Part shown: positions 47,974 to 59,417 of the stretch, piece after piece | How positions within the stretch are numbered: the first letter of the stretch is position 1 | How the letters are laid out: each line of letters begins with the position of its first letter | Origin: Candidatus Eiseniibacteriota bacterium | GTDB lineage: Bacteria; Eisenbacteria; RBG-16-71-46 | Length of the DNA stretch: 64,000 bases | Assembly (NCBI GenBank): GCA_963707915.1 | Contig: OY970178.1 | Location: 1,152,001-1,216,000 of the forward strand | Direction of reading: 5' to 3' | Program-made: the position numbers and the translations under genes | Notes under the pieces: model-generated | Databases searched by the model: none | Seen by the model: the letters and a program-made list of their open reading frames with translations, nothing else | Told to the model about the DNA's origin: nothing

Positions 47974-50097
47974 TCACCCGGTGAGCGCCACGTCGAGCGG
48001 CTCGCGGTAGTGCGCGAGCAGGGTCTCGCGCAGGGCGGCGTGCCCGGGCCTCAGCAGCCGGGGGTCCTCGCCCACCAGCGACCGCGCCGCGGCCCGCGTC
48101 TCCTCGAGCAACTCCTCGTCCCGGGCCAGGTCGACGAGCTTGAAGCGCGGCAGCCCGCTCTGGCGGGTGCCCCACATCTCCCCCGGACCGCGCAGCCGCA
48201 GGTCGGCCTCGGCGAGCGCGAATCCGTCGGTGGTCGTGGTCAGCAGCTCGAGCCGCTCCCGCCCGGCCGCGCTGGCGGCGGGCCCCGCCACCAGCACGCA
48301 GACCGAACGGTGGGCACCGCGCCCGACCCGGCCGCGCAGCTGGTGCAGCTGGGTCAGGCCGAAGCGCTCGGCGTTCTCGACCACCATGACCGTGGCGTTG
48401 GGCACGTCCACCCCGACCTCGATCACCGTGGTGGCGACGAGCACCTGCACCCGGCCGGCGGCGAAGTCCTCCATCACCGACTGCCTGGCGTCGGCCTTGA
48501 GCCGGCCGTGCAGGAGGCCGGCCTTCCAGGCGCGCAGCAGCGGCTGGCTCCGGAGCCGCTCGAACTCGGCCTCGGCCGCCCGCACGTCGGCACGGCCGTC
48601 CTCCTCGATCAGCGGGACCACGACGAAGGCCTGGCGGCCGGCGGCCAGCTCGCGCGCCAGGAACTCGACCACCTGGGGGAACTTCTCCTCCCCGGTCACG
48701 CGGGTCACGAGCCGCCCGCGCCCCGCGGGACGCGCGCGGAGCGTGCTCACGGCGAGGTCGCCGTAGCAGGCGAGCATGAGCGTGCGCGGGATCGGCGTGG
48801 CGGTGAGCACCAGCACGTCGGGGATGACGCCCTTCCGCGCCAGGGTGGCACGCTGGCGGACGCCGAAGCGGTGCTGCTCGTCCACGACGGCCAGCGCGAG
48901 GTCCGGCAGCCGGACCTTCTCCTCGAGGAGCGCGTGGGTGCCGACCACGAGCATGGGCTCGCCCGCCTCGAGCCGAGCGGCGAGCGCGCGCCGGGCGGCC
49001 GCGGGCGTGGCACCGGTGAGGACGGCCACCGCGGCGCCCACCGGTGCGGCCAGGCCGGCCAGGGTCCGGCCGTGCTGCCGCGCCAGGATCTCGGTGGGCG
49101 CCATGAAGGCCGCCTGGTGGCCGGCCTCGATCGCGTGGAGCGCGGCCAGGAACGCGACGACCGTCTTGCCGCTGCCCACGTCGCCCTGGAGCATCCGGTG
49201 CATGGGGGCCCCGCGCCTCAGGTCGGCGACGATCTCCTCGAGCGCGCGGTCCTGGTCCGCCGTGAGCGCGTAGGGCAGCGCCGCCCGGGCCCGCTCGGCG
49301 AGCCGCCCCTCTCCCGCGGTGCTCCTCCCGCGCCCCTCCTGGGCCAGCGCCTGCCGGCGCAACTCGAGGACGGCCTGCAGCAGGAAGAGCTCCTCGAAGG
49401 CGAGCTTGCGGCGCGCGGCGGCGAGGCTGGCCTCGTCCTCCGGGAAGTGGATCTGCCGCAGGGCTTCCGCGAGCGGCACCAGCCCGCTCGCGGCCGCCAC
49501 CTCGCCGGGGACCGGGTCCTTCACCGCCGCGGCCACGGCGTCGAGGGCGTGCCGCACCGCGGCCCGCATCCCGCGCGCGGTGACCCCCTTCGTGAGGGCG
49601 TGCACCGGCACCAGCCGACCGACGTGCAGCAGCGCCTCCATCTCGCCCTCGACCACTTCGAAGAGCGGGTTGAGCATGCGCCGCTCGTGCGCGTCGCGCT
49701 GGCCGCTCACGACCACCCGCACGCCCGGACGGAGCGTGCGCGCGAGGAAGCCCTGGCCGAAGAAGTAGAGCCCGAGCCGCGCGCCGCTGCCGTCGTCGAG
49801 ATCGGCCTGGAAGTCGGTCCGCCCGGCCCGGGTGCGGACGGCGAAGCCGCTGCGCACGGTGCCCTCGACGGTGACCAGCTCGCCGGGGCGGAGGTCGGCG
49901 ATGCGCACGAAGCGCCGGGCGTCGAGCCAGGTCCTCGGGTAGTGGCGCAGCAGGTGCTCGGCCGTGGTCAGGCCGAGGCGCGAGAAAGCCTCGGCACGCT
50001 GGGGCCCCACCCCCGGCAGGAACTGCAGCCGCGAAGCGGGCTCGAGCGGCGGCTTCCCCGGATGCGGGCTTCGGGACGGGATCGGGGGCACCGGCAT
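47974..50097 (-). CDS. recG: ATP-dependent DNA helicase RecG
   Basis: Motifs LPGVGP, QGDVGSGKT, APTEILARQH, DEQHRFGV, TATPIPRT, QLHQLRGRVGRG and RGPGE..G..QSG. Confidence 0.97.
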   Translation of the reverse strand: MPVPPIPSRSPHPGKPPLEPASRLQFLPGVGPQRAEAFSRLGLTTAEHLLRHYPRTWLDARRFVRIADLRPGELVTVEGTVRSGFAVRTRAGRTDFQADLDDGSGARLGLYFFGQGFLARTLRPGVRVVVSGQRDAHERRMLNPLFEVVEGEMEALLHVGRLVPVHALTKGVTARGMRAAVRHALDAVAAAVKDPVPGEVAAASGLVPLAEALRQIHFPEDEASLAAARRKLAFEELFLLQAVLELRRQALAQEGRGRSTAGEGRLAERARAALPYALTADQDRALEEIVADLRRGAPMHRMLQGDVGSGKTVVAFLAALHAIEAGHQAAFMAPTEILARQHGRTLAGLAAPVGAAVAVLTGATPAAARRALAARLEAGEPMLVVGTHALLEEKVRLPDLALAVVDEQHRFGVRQRATLARKGVIPDVLVLTATPIPRTLMLACYGDLAVSTLRARPAGRGRLVTRVTGEEKFPQVVEFLARELAAGRQAFVVVPLIEEDGRADVRAAEAEFERLRSQPLLRAWKAGLLHGRLKADARQSVMEDFAAGRVQVLVATTVIEVGVDVPNATVMVVENAERFGLTQLHQLRGRVGRGAHRSVCVLVAGPAASAAGRERLELLTTTTDGFALAEADLRLRGPGEMWGTRQSGLPRFKLVDLARDEELLEETRAAARSLVGEDPRLLRPGHAALRETLLAHYREPLDVALTG

Positions 50098-50199
50098 GGT
50101 CGGGAGCACTTTCGCACATCCCGGCGCACGGCGCCGGGAGCTGGGTCGGACCGGCCTGCCCGGGCCGGGGGGCCCGGGCCGGCGGCCCCGGAGGCCCGC

Positions 50200-50228
50200 T
50201 TTACAGTCCCGGGAGGCCCTGTTAATGT
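50200..50228 (+). promoter_or_regulatory. Putative sigma70 promoter of rpmB
   Basis: TTTACA-N17-TAATGT. Confidence 0.45.
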
Positions 50229-50281
50229 TCCGGGCTCACTTGGCCCCACTGGACCGTGATTCGATGGCAGGAGGATGCACC

Positions 50282-50500
50282 TTGGCTCAGCGATGTGATA
50301 TCTGCGGGAAAGGCACGATGGCAGGCCACAACGTGAGCCACGCTCACAACCTGACCAAGCGGACCTGGAATCCCAACTTGCAGCGCGTGCGGGCACTGGT
50401 GGACGGGCGGGCGAAGAACCTGGACGTCTGCACCCGGTGCATCCGCAGCGGCAAGGTGACGAAGGCCGTGCGCAACGTCCGCAAGCCGGCCACCGCCTAG
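50282..50500 (+). CDS. rpmB: 50S ribosomal protein L28, zinc-binding form with two CxxC motifs
   Basis: MAQRCDICGK...GHNVSHA...PNLQ...CTRCIRSG; AGGAGG RBS; TTG start. Confidence 0.96.
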   Translation: MAQRCDICGKGTMAGHNVSHAHNLTKRTWNPNLQRVRALVDGRAKNLDVCTRCIRSGKVTKAVRNVRKPATA

Positions 50501-50518
50501 CCGCCCTCCCGCGCCGAA

Positions 50519-50553
50519 GCCCCGTCACCCCGGTCCCGGTGGCGGGGCCTCTT
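50519..50553 (+). terminator. Hairpin between convergent rpmB and TPR genes
   Basis: GCCCCGTCACC...GGTGGCGGGGC stem with a short pyrimidine tail. Confidence 0.5.
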
Positions 50554-52217
50554 CATGGCCGGGCGGCGGGCTCCTGCCGGCTCACGGCCAGCAACTCGCG
50601 CCACTCCAGCTGCTGGCGCGGCAGCGCGTGCAGGGGATCCAGCTCCAGCGCACGCGCGAACTCCTCGTCGGCCTCGCGGGTGCGGGCCTGCGCGAGCAGG
50701 GTCCAGCCCAGGTCGGCGCGCGCGGTGGCGTACAGCGGGTTGGCGGCGACGGCCGCGCGCAGCGGGGCCTCGGCCCCGACCGCGTCCCCCCGCAGCAGGC
50801 GCACGCGCCCGAGTTGTGCCTGGGCGTCAGGCCAGTCCGGGTGCCGCGCGACCAGGTCCGCGAGCAGCTCCTCGGCCGTGGCCGCGTGCCCGAGCGCCAG
50901 CTCCACGGCCGCCAGCTCGAGCACCGCGGGGTCGTAGCCCGGGCGCAGGGCCAGCGCCCTGCGGTAGGACTCGCGCGCGTCCTCGACGCGGCCCTGCGCG
51001 CGCCGGGTGCGGGCCAGGGCGAGCTGCAGGTCCGGGTAGTCGGGCTGGACCGCGAGCGCGCGCTGGATCTCCTCCTCCATCCCGGTCACGTCGTTGACGG
51101 CCAGCGCGAGCGAGACCTGGTCGAGGACGCCCTGGGGGATCTCGCGGTCCCGCACCAACCCGCGCCGCACGGAGCGCAGCGCGTCGTCGTGCCGGCCGAG
51201 CGCGTGGTAGATCATCCCCAGCAGCCGCTGCGCGCGGGCGAACTGCCGGTTGAGCTTCACCGCGAGCTCGAGCGGGGGCACCGCCGCCAGGAGCTCGCCG
51301 GCGCGGAACCGGGCGAGCCCCAGCCAGAAGTGCAGGTCCGGGTAGTCGGGGAAGGCCTCGAGGGCCGCCTCGAGATGGACGATCGCCTCGCGGGCCCCGC
51401 CCAGCTCGAGGTGGGCGCGTGCGGCCAGCAGCCGCGCCTCGAGGTAGCGCGGGTTGACGCCGAGCGCGTGGTCCAGTTGCACGAGCGCCTCCTCGATGCG
51501 CCCGGCCTCGAGCAACAGGCCGGCCAGCCGACCGCGCACGTCGGCATAGCCGGGGTTCGCGGCCACCGCCCGTTCGAGCTCGGCGATGGAGCCGGTGAGG
51601 TCGCCCGCGTGGTAGCGCTCGAGCGCCCGGTCCAGGTGAGCGGCCGAAGGGGCCGCGGCGCCCGCGGAGGCCGCCGGCACGCTCAACAGGCCCTGCCAGT
51701 CCGAGGCCGCCCATTCCGAGGCCCGGGAGGCCACCAGCCCGGTGGGCAACTCGACGCCCAGGGCCAGCGCCCGGTTCAGCGCCTCGACCGAGCGCTCCCG
51801 GTCCTCGAGTTGCGACTGGCACACCGCCAGGAGCAGCAGCGCCTCGACGTAACGCGGATGCTCGGCGAGGGCCTGCTGGAGATCGGCGACCGCCTCCCCC
51901 AGGCGGCCCGAGCGCTGGAAGATCCGCGCCCGGAAGTAGCGCAGGTCGGGGAAGGTCGGGTTCTCCTCCAGCGCCTTGGTGAACTGTTCCTCGGCCTTGG
52001 TGTACTGGCCGGCGTGGAAGAAGGCGAGCCCCAGGTTCGCCCGCGCTTCGGCGGCGTAGCACCGCGCCAGGCTGTGGTCGGGGTTGCTGGGATCGCGCAC
52101 CTCGGCCAGGACGGCCTCGAACTCGGCGACCGCCTGTCCGAACTCGCCACGGTTGAAGTGCACCATCCCGCGGTTGTAGTGGCGGTTGTGCCCCCACTTG
52201 AGCAGATTGCTGAACAC
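50553..52217 (-). CDS. Tetratricopeptide repeat protein
   Basis: Many ~34-aa helical repeats with NPxYPDL/NPxYxEA turns; no signal peptide. Confidence 0.9.
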   Translation of the reverse strand: MFSNLLKWGHNRHYNRGMVHFNRGEFGQAVAEFEAVLAEVRDPSNPDHSLARCYAAEARANLGLAFFHAGQYTKAEEQFTKALEENPTFPDLRYFRARIFQRSGRLGEAVADLQQALAEHPRYVEALLLLAVCQSQLEDRERSVEALNRALALGVELPTGLVASRASEWAASDWQGLLSVPAASAGAAAPSAAHLDRALERYHAGDLTGSIAELERAVAANPGYADVRGRLAGLLLEAGRIEEALVQLDHALGVNPRYLEARLLAARAHLELGGAREAIVHLEAALEAFPDYPDLHFWLGLARFRAGELLAAVPPLELAVKLNRQFARAQRLLGMIYHALGRHDDALRSVRRGLVRDREIPQGVLDQVSLALAVNDVTGMEEEIQRALAVQPDYPDLQLALARTRRAQGRVEDARESYRRALALRPGYDPAVLELAAVELALGHAATAEELLADLVARHPDWPDAQAQLGRVRLLRGDAVGAEAPLRAAVAANPLYATARADLGWTLLAQARTREADEEFARALELDPLHALPRQQLEWRELLAVSRQEPAARP

Positions 52218-52291
52218 GCGCGGAATCCGTTCCTTTCGGCGCCGCGGGACCGGGGGGCGCGGCCGTGGCCGCGTCCCCCGCGCGCCCCGGG

Positions 52292-53425
52292 CTAGTCCAT
52301 CTGCCTGCGCAGGAAGGCCGGCACCTCGAGGGAATCGCCGTTGCGGCTGCCGGTCCCCCAGCGGTCGCGGCCCCCCACGCCGACCTCTTCCTTCCACCCG
52401 TGCCCGTGACGATGCCCTTCGGTCTCCGCCCCCCGCGCCTTCTCGGCGCGCGGCCGCGGCGCCTCGTGGCCGAACCCCGTCGCGATGACGGTGATCATCA
52501 TCTCGCCATCCATGTTCGGGTCGATGACCGCGCCGAAGATGACGTTGGCGTCCTCGCCGGCCGCGCTCACCACCACGTTCGCCGCCTCGTTCACCTCGTG
52601 CAGCGTCAGGTCGCGTCCGCCCGTGATGTTCACCAGGACGCCCTCGGCGCCGCTGATCGAGACGTCCTCGAGCAGCGGGCTCGCGACGGCCGCCTGCGCC
52701 GCCTCCAGCGCCCGGCCGGGCCCCGAGGCCCGCCCGGTGCCCATGAGCGCGTTGCCCCGGTTCGACATGACCGCCTTCACGTCGGCGAAGTCCAGGTTCA
52801 CGAGCCCCGGCACCGTCACCAGGTCCGAGATGCCCTTGGTGGCCTTGAGCAGGACCTCGTCGGCCACGCCGAAGGCGTCGGTCAGGGTGGTGTCCTTCTC
52901 CACCACGGCCAGCAGCCGCTCGTTCGGGATGATGATGAGGGTGTCCACCTCGGCGCGCAGCTCCGCGAGGCCGTCGTCGGCCTGCCGCAGGCGGCGCCGG
53001 CCCTCGAAGGTGAACGGCCGCGTGACCACGGCCACCGTGAGGGCCCCGCTCTGCTTCGCCAGGCGCGCCACCACCGGCGCCGCGCCGGTGCCAGTGCCGC
53101 CGCCCATCCCGGCGGTGATGAAGACCATGTCGCTGCCGGTGAGCGCGTCGGCGATGGTCTGCTCGTCTTCCTCGGCGGCGACGCGGCCCCGGCCGGGGTC
53201 ACCGCCCGAGCCCAGCCCGCGGGTGGTGGCCTTGCCGATCTGGATGCGGTGCGGCGCGAGCGACTGGTTCAGGGCCTGCACGTCGGTGTTCGCGACGATG
53301 AACTCCACGCCGCGCAGCCCCGAACCGATCATGCGGTTCACCGCGTTTCCGCCGGCCCCCCCCACTCCCATGACCTTGAGCTTGGCTGAGGCGGTGCTGT
53401 CGATCTCGAGTTCGAACATTGGCAC
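52292..53425 (-). CDS. ftsZ: Cell division protein FtsZ
   Basis: Motifs [25 protein letters not shown] and C-terminal [10 protein letters not shown]. Confidence 0.99.
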   Translation of the reverse strand: MPMFELEIDSTASAKLKVMGVGGAGGNAVNRMIGSGLRGVEFIVANTDVQALNQSLAPHRIQIGKATTRGLGSGGDPGRGRVAAEEDEQTIADALTGSDMVFITAGMGGGTGTGAAPVVARLAKQSGALTVAVVTRPFTFEGRRRLRQADDGLAELRAEVDTLIIIPNERLLAVVEKDTTLTDAFGVADEVLLKATKGISDLVTVPGLVNLDFADVKAVMSNRGNALMGTGRASGPGRALEAAQAAVASPLLEDVSISGAEGVLVNITGGRDLTLHEVNEAANVVVSAAGEDANVIFGAVIDPNMDGEMMITVIATGFGHEAPRPRAEKARGAETEGHRHGHGWKEEVGVGGRDRWGTGSRNGDSLEVPAFLRRQMD

Positions 53426-53536
53426 GACTCCCTGTGCCTTCCCTTGCCGGGCCCGGCGACTCCGTCCGCGACGGATGCGCCCTGGGCTTCCTCCGTGGGG
53501 ATCAGGCGGTGATGGTTGGACGGACGTGGATCACGC

Positions 53537-54787
53537 TCATGAGTAGAAGAGTCCCTTGAACCAGCGACGCGGGTCGAACGACGTGCGGCTCGGCTCCACG
53601 CCTCGCCGCTCGCGGCTGCCGTCCTCGCCGCTCTCGGCGTGCAGGGCGTGAAGCACCAGCCCCACCCCGGTCGAGAAGCGCGGGTCGGCGACGTTGGCCG
53701 AGAGCCCCCCCAGTCCCTGGGGAGCGCCCAGCCGTACGGGCATCTCGAACACCTGTTCCGCCAGCTCCGTCACGCCCGGCATGAGCGAGGTGCCGCCCGT
53801 GAGGACGACCCCGCCGCCGAGCAACTCCGCGAAGTGGTTCTTCTTCACCTCCTTGTTGGCCAGTTGGAAGATCTCCTCCATGCGCGGCTCGATCATCGAG
53901 GCCAGCACGTGCCGGGCGATCTCCCGGTCGGCGCGGCCGCCCACGCCCGAGACGGAGATCGTCTCCGTGCTCGGGACGAGGGAAGCCAGCGCGCAGCCGT
54001 GCTGGATCTTGATGGCCTCGGCCTTGTCGATCGGGGTGCGCAGTCCGATCGCGAGGTCGTTGGTCACGTTCGCCCCGCCGAACGGCAGGATCGCCGTGTG
54101 GCGGATGGAGCCCTCGTAGAACACCGCGACGTCGGTCGTGCCGCCGCCGATGTCGAGGAGGACCACGCCCAGGTCACGCTCGTCGTCGTCCAGCACGGCG
54201 TGGCTCGAGGCCAGCGGTTCGAGGACCAGGTCGAAGACCTTGAGATGGGCCCGCTGGATCGAGCGGCAGATGTTCTTCGCCGAGGTCACGGCCCCGGTGA
54301 TGATGTGGACCTCGGCCTCCAGCCGGACGCCGCTCATGCCGACCGGGTCCTTGATGCCGTCCTGGTCATCCACGATGTATTCCTGCGGGATGACGTGGAT
54401 GATCTCGCGGTCCATGGGGATCGCGATGGCCTTGGCGGCCTCGATGACCCGGTCCACGTCCGCCCTGCCGATCTCGTTGTCCCGCCTCGAGACCGCGATC
54501 ACGCCGCGGCTGTTGATGCTGCGGATGTGGTCGCCGGCGATGCCCGCGTAGACCCCCTTCGCCGGCACCCCGGCCATGCGCTCGGCCTCGTCCACCGCGC
54601 GCTGGATGCTGGCCACCGTCTTGTCGAGGTCCACCACCACGCCGCGGCGCAGCCCCTCGCTGGGCGAGGTGCCCACGCCCACCACCCGCAGCTCCTCGGA
54701 CCCGGTGCCGCCCGTGTCCGCGATGATGCAGGAGATCTTCGTGGTGCCGATGTCGAGGCCCACGTACGTCTTCACCGCCGGTCCCAT
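53537..54787 (-). CDS. ftsA: Cell division protein FtsA
   Basis: Motifs GLDIGTTKI, DIGGGTTD, VVLTGG and a C-terminal amphipathic helix (RWFKGLF). Confidence 0.97.
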   Translation of the reverse strand: MGPAVKTYVGLDIGTTKISCIIADTGGTGSEELRVVGVGTSPSEGLRRGVVVDLDKTVASIQRAVDEAERMAGVPAKGVYAGIAGDHIRSINSRGVIAVSRRDNEIGRADVDRVIEAAKAIAIPMDREIIHVIPQEYIVDDQDGIKDPVGMSGVRLEAEVHIITGAVTSAKNICRSIQRAHLKVFDLVLEPLASSHAVLDDDERDLGVVLLDIGGGTTDVAVFYEGSIRHTAILPFGGANVTNDLAIGLRTPIDKAEAIKIQHGCALASLVPSTETISVSGVGGRADREIARHVLASMIEPRMEEIFQLANKEVKKNHFAELLGGGVVLTGGTSLMPGVTELAEQVFEMPVRLGAPQGLGGLSANVADPRFSTGVGLVLHALHAESGEDGSRERRGVEPSRTSFDPRRWFKGLFYS

Positions 54788-54824
54788 GGTGCCGTTCACC
54801 CCCTCCGTTGCAGTTCCGTCGTCG

Positions 54825-55760
54825 TCAGCCGCTGCGGTGATCCCCGTCCGGGTCCACGCCCGCGGTTCCGGCTCCCACCCGGTCGAGCCGGGGGCCGGGC
54901 GCGGACCCGGGCGCACCCACCGGTCTCACCACCACCTGGCTGTCGAAGCGCAGGTCCACTTCGCCCGCCAGCACCCCGCGGCGCTGGAGGTCCGACAGCA
55001 CCACCCGCAGGGCCGACAGCGTGCGGGCTCCGGGCGGCCAGGCGGGCGCCCGCACCTGCGTCCCGTTCTCGAGCAGGACGCTGGTGGCGAGCGGGTCGGA
55101 CACGTCCACCTCCGACACCCCGACGGCCAGTTGCAGGTCACGGGCCGAAAGCGCCCTCACCCACGCCAGCCCGCGCCGCACCTCGAGCGTCAGCACTTGC
55201 GTGCCCGCCCGCTGCCGGGAGAAGTCCGGCCCGGTGAGCAAGGGGACGTCCGCGGTCAGGCCCCGCGCCAGCGGCTGGAGCAGCACCCCGGTCGAGTCCA
55301 CCTCCCAGGGCGTCCCGTGCGTCACCACCATCACCGGCTCCCGCTCCACGATCCGGACGCGCACGTCGCGCGGCCAGGCCCGGCTCACCTCGGCCCGGGA
55401 GATGCGCGGGTCGAGCAGCAGGGCCTGGCGCGCGCGCTCCAGGTCGAGGGCGATGAGGTCGTCGCCGGGGCGCAGGCCGGCGATCGCGCCGACGCGCGCG
55501 GCGTCCAGGTAGAGCGCGCCCTCGATCCTCACCGCCTGCACGACCGCCACGCGCTCGCGCCACCGCCGCCACGGCAGCCGCGAGGCCAGCAACGCGAGAA
55601 CGGCGATCCCGGCGAGCGCCAGCCCGATGCGCAGGGGCCGCAGCAGCCGCGGCTGCCCGTTCCAGCGGCGGTCCGGCACCGCGCCCGCGCCGCGGCGCCC
55701 GCCCCGCCGGACGTCCGGGCGGGGACCGCGCTCCAGCGCACGCCCCTGGTACAGGGCCAT
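54825..55760 (-). CDS. ftsQ: Cell division protein FtsQ/DivIB
   Basis: Single TM, POTRA domain (AEVSRAWP..VRVRIVER.P) and VDLRF; sits between murC and ftsA. Confidence 0.88.
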   Translation of the reverse strand: MALYQGRALERGPRPDVRRGGRRGAGAVPDRRWNGQPRLLRPLRIGLALAGIAVLALLASRLPWRRWRERVAVVQAVRIEGALYLDAARVGAIAGLRPGDDLIALDLERARQALLLDPRISRAEVSRAWPRDVRVRIVEREPVMVVTHGTPWEVDSTGVLLQPLARGLTADVPLLTGPDFSRQRAGTQVLTLEVRRGLAWVRALSARDLQLAVGVSEVDVSDPLATSVLLENGTQVRAPAWPPGARTLSALRVVLSDLQRRGVLAGEVDLRFDSQVVVRPVGAPGSAPGPRLDRVGAGTAGVDPDGDHRSG

Positions 55761-57142
55761 CAGCGCTCCCCTCCCGCGCTGCGGAGCCGCGCCAGCAGCG
55801 CGTCGCCGAGCTTGCCCACGTCGCCCGCACCCAGCGTGATCACCAGGTCGCCGGGGCGCGCCTCGCTCGCCACGGCCTCGAGCGCCGCCGCGGCGCCGCC
55901 GACGTGGACCAGGTGCTTCCGTCCCAGGGCCTCGGCGCTCTGCACGATGGTACGCGCCGTCACGCCCGGCACCGGGCTCTCGCCCGCCGGGTAGATGTCC
56001 ATCACCCAGACCTTGTCGGCGTCGCCGAAGCACGACCCGAACTCGCGGTGCAGCAGCGCGGTGCGCGTGTAGCGGTGCGGCTGGAACAGCACCAGCACGC
56101 GCCGGCCGAGCGTGCGCGCGGCCGCCAGCGTGGCGGCGATCTCGGTGGGGTGGTGGCCGTAGTCGTCCACCACCTTCACGCCCCCCACCTCGCCCTTCGT
56201 CTCGAAACGGCGGCCCACGCCGCGGAAGGTCCCGAGCGCCTCGGCGATGTGGCTGAAGGCCACCTCGATCTCCAGGCCCACGGCCACCGCCGCGAGCGCG
56301 TTCAGCACGTTGTGGAGGCCCGGCAGGGCCAGGCTCACGACGCCCAGGTCGCGCCCGTCGGCAACCACCCGGAAGCTCGCGCCGCGGGGATCCAGGCGCA
56401 CGTCCTCCGCCCGCAGCGTCGCGTCGGGCGCCGTGCCGTAGAGCAGGTGGCGCTTGGTGACCTGGGGCAGGATGCCGCGCACCTGCGGATCGTCGGCGCA
56501 CAGGATGCTCACTCCGTAGAACGGCACCCGGTTGGCGAAGTAGATGAAGGCCTGCCGCAGCTCCTCGAGCGAGCCGTAGTGGTCGAGGTGCTCGCGGTCG
56601 ATGTTGGTGATGACCGCGACCGCCGGCGAGAGCCTCAGGAAGGAGCCGTCGCTCTCGTCGGCCTCGGCCACGAGGAACTGCCCGTGTCCCAGCCGGGCGT
56701 TCGAGCCGGTGGACTGCAGCCGTCCGCCCACCACGATGGTCGGGTCGAGCCCGCCGCGGGCCAGCACCGCCGCGACCAGCGAGGTGGTCGTGGTCTTGCC
56801 GTGCGAGCCCGCCACCGCGATCCCGTACTTCATGCGCATGAGCTCGGCCAGCATGTCGGCGCGGGGGATGACCGGGATGCCCTGCGCACGCGCGGCGACC
56901 ACCTCGGGATTATCGGGCCTGACCGCGGTCGAGTAGACGACCACCTGCGCGCCCTCGACGTTCGCGGCCTCGTGCCCCTGGAAGATGCGTCCCCCGAGCC
57001 CGGCGAGCCGGTCGGTGGCCTCGCCAGTGCGCAGGTCGCTGCCCGACACCTGGTAGCCGAGGTTGAGCAGCACCTCGGCGATGCCGCACATCCCGACCCC
57101 GCCGACCCCCACGAAGTGGATCCGGTGCGTGCGCCCGTACAT
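55760..57142 (-). CDS. murC: UDP-N-acetylmuramate--L-alanine ligase
   Basis: Motifs [32 protein letters not shown] and FQPHRY. Confidence 0.97.
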   Translation of the reverse strand: MYGRTHRIHFVGVGGVGMCGIAEVLLNLGYQVSGSDLRTGEATDRLAGLGGRIFQGHEAANVEGAQVVVYSTAVRPDNPEVVAARAQGIPVIPRADMLAELMRMKYGIAVAGSHGKTTTTSLVAAVLARGGLDPTIVVGGRLQSTGSNARLGHGQFLVAEADESDGSFLRLSPAVAVITNIDREHLDHYGSLEELRQAFIYFANRVPFYGVSILCADDPQVRGILPQVTKRHLLYGTAPDATLRAEDVRLDPRGASFRVVADGRDLGVVSLALPGLHNVLNALAAVAVGLEIEVAFSHIAEALGTFRGVGRRFETKGEVGGVKVVDDYGHHPTEIAATLAAARTLGRRVLVLFQPHRYTRTALLHREFGSCFGDADKVWVMDIYPAGESPVPGVTARTIVQSAEALGRKHLVHVGGAAAALEAVASEARPGDLVITLGAGDVGKLGDALLARLRSAGGER

Positions 57143-58281
57143 CAGTCCTCCCGCCCGTCGGGCACGACGGGACCGCGCGCGGCGGCACGCCCGCGGGACC
57201 AGCGATCGAGGCTCCGGACGATGCGCTCGGCCGCGTCGGGGCGGGCGAAGGTCCGGGCGTTGGCCGACATGCGCGAGAGCGCCTGTCGGTCGGCGAGCCA
57301 GTGGGCGATCTCCTGGGCCAGGCGCTCGCCGGTGAGCTCGCGGTCGGGGATCATGGCCGCGGCCCCGCGGTCCACCAGGTTGGCCGCGTTGACCGCCTGG
57401 TGATCGTGCGCCGCGTGCGGGTAGGGCACCAGGATGGACGGGGTGCCGCAGGCCGCGATCTCGGCCAGCGTCATCGCCCCGGACCGGCACACCACGAGGT
57501 CGGCGGCGGCGTAGGCCTGGTGGATGCGCCGCAGGTAGGGCACGACCCGGGCCGGCAGCTGCTCGCTCTCCACCGCGCCCTTCGCCCAGTCGAAGTCCTC
57601 GCGCCCGGTCTGCAGGATGAACTGCACGGTCACGCGGCCCTTCAGGCGGCGCATGGCCTCGAGGGCGGCGTCGTTGATGCGGTGCGCCCCGCGGCTGCCG
57701 CCGAACACGAACACGGTCGGCTGGCCGGGCTTGAGGCCGAATTCCTGCAGCGCCGTGACCCGGTCGCCGCCCAGGATGTGGTCGCGGATCGGGTTCCCCG
57801 TCACCTTGAGGTGGTCGCGGCGCCGGAAGTAGGAGCGCGCCTCCACGAACGACAGGTGGACCTCGTCGGCGATCTGCGCGAGCCAGCGGTTGGCCAGCCC
57901 GGGGACGCTGTTCTGCTCCTGGAGCACGATGGGCCGGCCCAGCAGCCAGGCGGCCAGGGTCACGGGCCCGCTCACGTAGCCGCCGGTCCCCAGCACCACG
58001 TCGGGCTTCTCCTGCAGCACGATCCACGCCGCCTGGCAGAAGCCCACCAGGTTGCTGGCCAGCGACGCGGGCCAGCGCCACCAGGCCCGCCGCGGCAGCC
58101 CCCGGCTCCAGGTGAAGCGGATGCGGAAGCCGGCCTCGGGCACGGCCTGCGATTCGATGCCGCGCCGCGTGCCGACGAACACCACCTGCGCGTCCTTGTG
58201 CCTGCGGACGAGCTCCTCGGCCACCGCGATGCCCGGGTACACGTGGCCGCCCGTGCCGCCTCCGGCGATGAGCGCCTTCAT
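57142..58281 (-). CDS. murG: Undecaprenyldiphospho-muramoylpentapeptide beta-N-acetylglucosaminyltransferase
   Basis: Motifs GGGTGGH, GGYVSGP, EQN, GGSRGA, RSGA and HQ..NA. Confidence 0.97.
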   Translation of the reverse strand: MKALIAGGGTGGHVYPGIAVAEELVRRHKDAQVVFVGTRRGIESQAVPEAGFRIRFTWSRGLPRRAWWRWPASLASNLVGFCQAAWIVLQEKPDVVLGTGGYVSGPVTLAAWLLGRPIVLQEQNSVPGLANRWLAQIADEVHLSFVEARSYFRRRDHLKVTGNPIRDHILGGDRVTALQEFGLKPGQPTVFVFGGSRGAHRINDAALEAMRRLKGRVTVQFILQTGREDFDWAKGAVESEQLPARVVPYLRRIHQAYAAADLVVCRSGAMTLAEIAACGTPSILVPYPHAAHDHQAVNAANLVDRGAAAMIPDRELTGERLAQEIAHWLADRQALSRMSANARTFARPDAAERIVRSLDRWSRGRAAARGPVVPDGRED

Positions 58282-59417
58282 GGACGGCCTCCCGACCAGC
58301 GCTGGCGCACGAGGGCGTCGGTGGAGGCATTGACGACGCTGATGCGGTAGAGCAGCCCGGCCGCCGCCAGGTTGGCCAGCAGGGCCGTGCCGCCGTACGA
58401 GACGAACGGCAGCGGCAGCCCGGTGGTGGGGGCCAGCCCCATCGCCACGGCCAGGTTCGCGAGGGCGTAGAGTCCGATCTGCAAGGTGAGTCCTCCGGCC
58501 AGCAGGAAGTGGAATGGATCGGCGGCTCGAGCCACGACCCGCATGCAGCGCCACAGCAGCAGCGCCAGCAGGACGAACAGCACGCTCGTGCCGATGAAGC
58601 CCAGTTCCTCCGCCAGGATGGAGAAGATGAAGTCGGTGTGGGCCTCGGGCAGGAAGAGGTACTTCTGCATCCCCCCGCCCAGGCCGCGACCCAACCAGCC
58701 GCCGGAACCGATCGCGATGAGCGACTGGTCGAGCTGCCAGCCCGCCCCGCGCTGATCGAGGGTCCCGGTGAAGACGAAATGTGCGAACGTGGCGATGCGC
58801 TTCATCTGGTACGGATGGGCCTGGACCATCACCAGCCCGGTCACCAGGCCCGCCGCGACCGGAGCCCCCAGGTACAGGAGCGGCGCGTCCGCCAGGAACA
58901 GCATCAGGAAGCCGGTGACGCCCAGGAGCCCCGCGCTGCTCAGGTTCGGCTGCAGCAGGATAAGTCCTGCGACCCCGCCGAGGAAGCCCAGCGGCGGCAG
59001 CATGCCGCGCAGGAAGCCGCGCTCGGCCGGCGGGTTCCGCTTGAGCCACCACGCGAGGAACATCACCGCCGTGAGGCGCCCCACGTCGGTGGGCTGCACG
59101 CTGAGGAAACCGATGCGCAGCCAGCGCGTGGCGCCGTTCGAGACGTGGCCCAGCGCGAAGACGGCGGCCAGCAGGGCGAGCCCCGCGCCGAACAGCACCG
59201 GCGTGGCGCGCTCGAGCCACTTCAGGTCCACCCGCGTGGCGCACACCAGCAGCACCAGCACGCCCAGCCCGGCGCGGAGGAACTGGCGCGCGAGGAAATA
59301 GTTCGGGTCCTGGTACCGCGTGATGCCGAGGATGGCGCTCGAGGAGTAGACCATGATGACGCCCAGCGCCGTGAGCAGCAGGGGCAGCGCGATCAGCCAG
59401 CGGTCGCCGCGGTTCAT
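58278..59417 (-). CDS. ftsW: SEDS peptidoglycan glycosyltransferase FtsW
   Basis: Motifs [28 protein letters not shown] and PFVSYGG. Confidence 0.95.
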   Translation of the reverse strand: MNRGDRWLIALPLLLTALGVIMVYSSSAILGITRYQDPNYFLARQFLRAGLGVLVLLVCATRVDLKWLERATPVLFGAGLALLAAVFALGHVSNGATRWLRIGFLSVQPTDVGRLTAVMFLAWWLKRNPPAERGFLRGMLPPLGFLGGVAGLILLQPNLSSAGLLGVTGFLMLFLADAPLLYLGAPVAAGLVTGLVMVQAHPYQMKRIATFAHFVFTGTLDQRGAGWQLDQSLIAIGSGGWLGRGLGGGMQKYLFLPEAHTDFIFSILAEELGFIGTSVLFVLLALLLWRCMRVVARAADPFHFLLAGGLTLQIGLYALANLAVAMGLAPTTGLPLPFVSYGGTALLANLAAAGLLYRISVVNASTDALVRQRWSGGRP

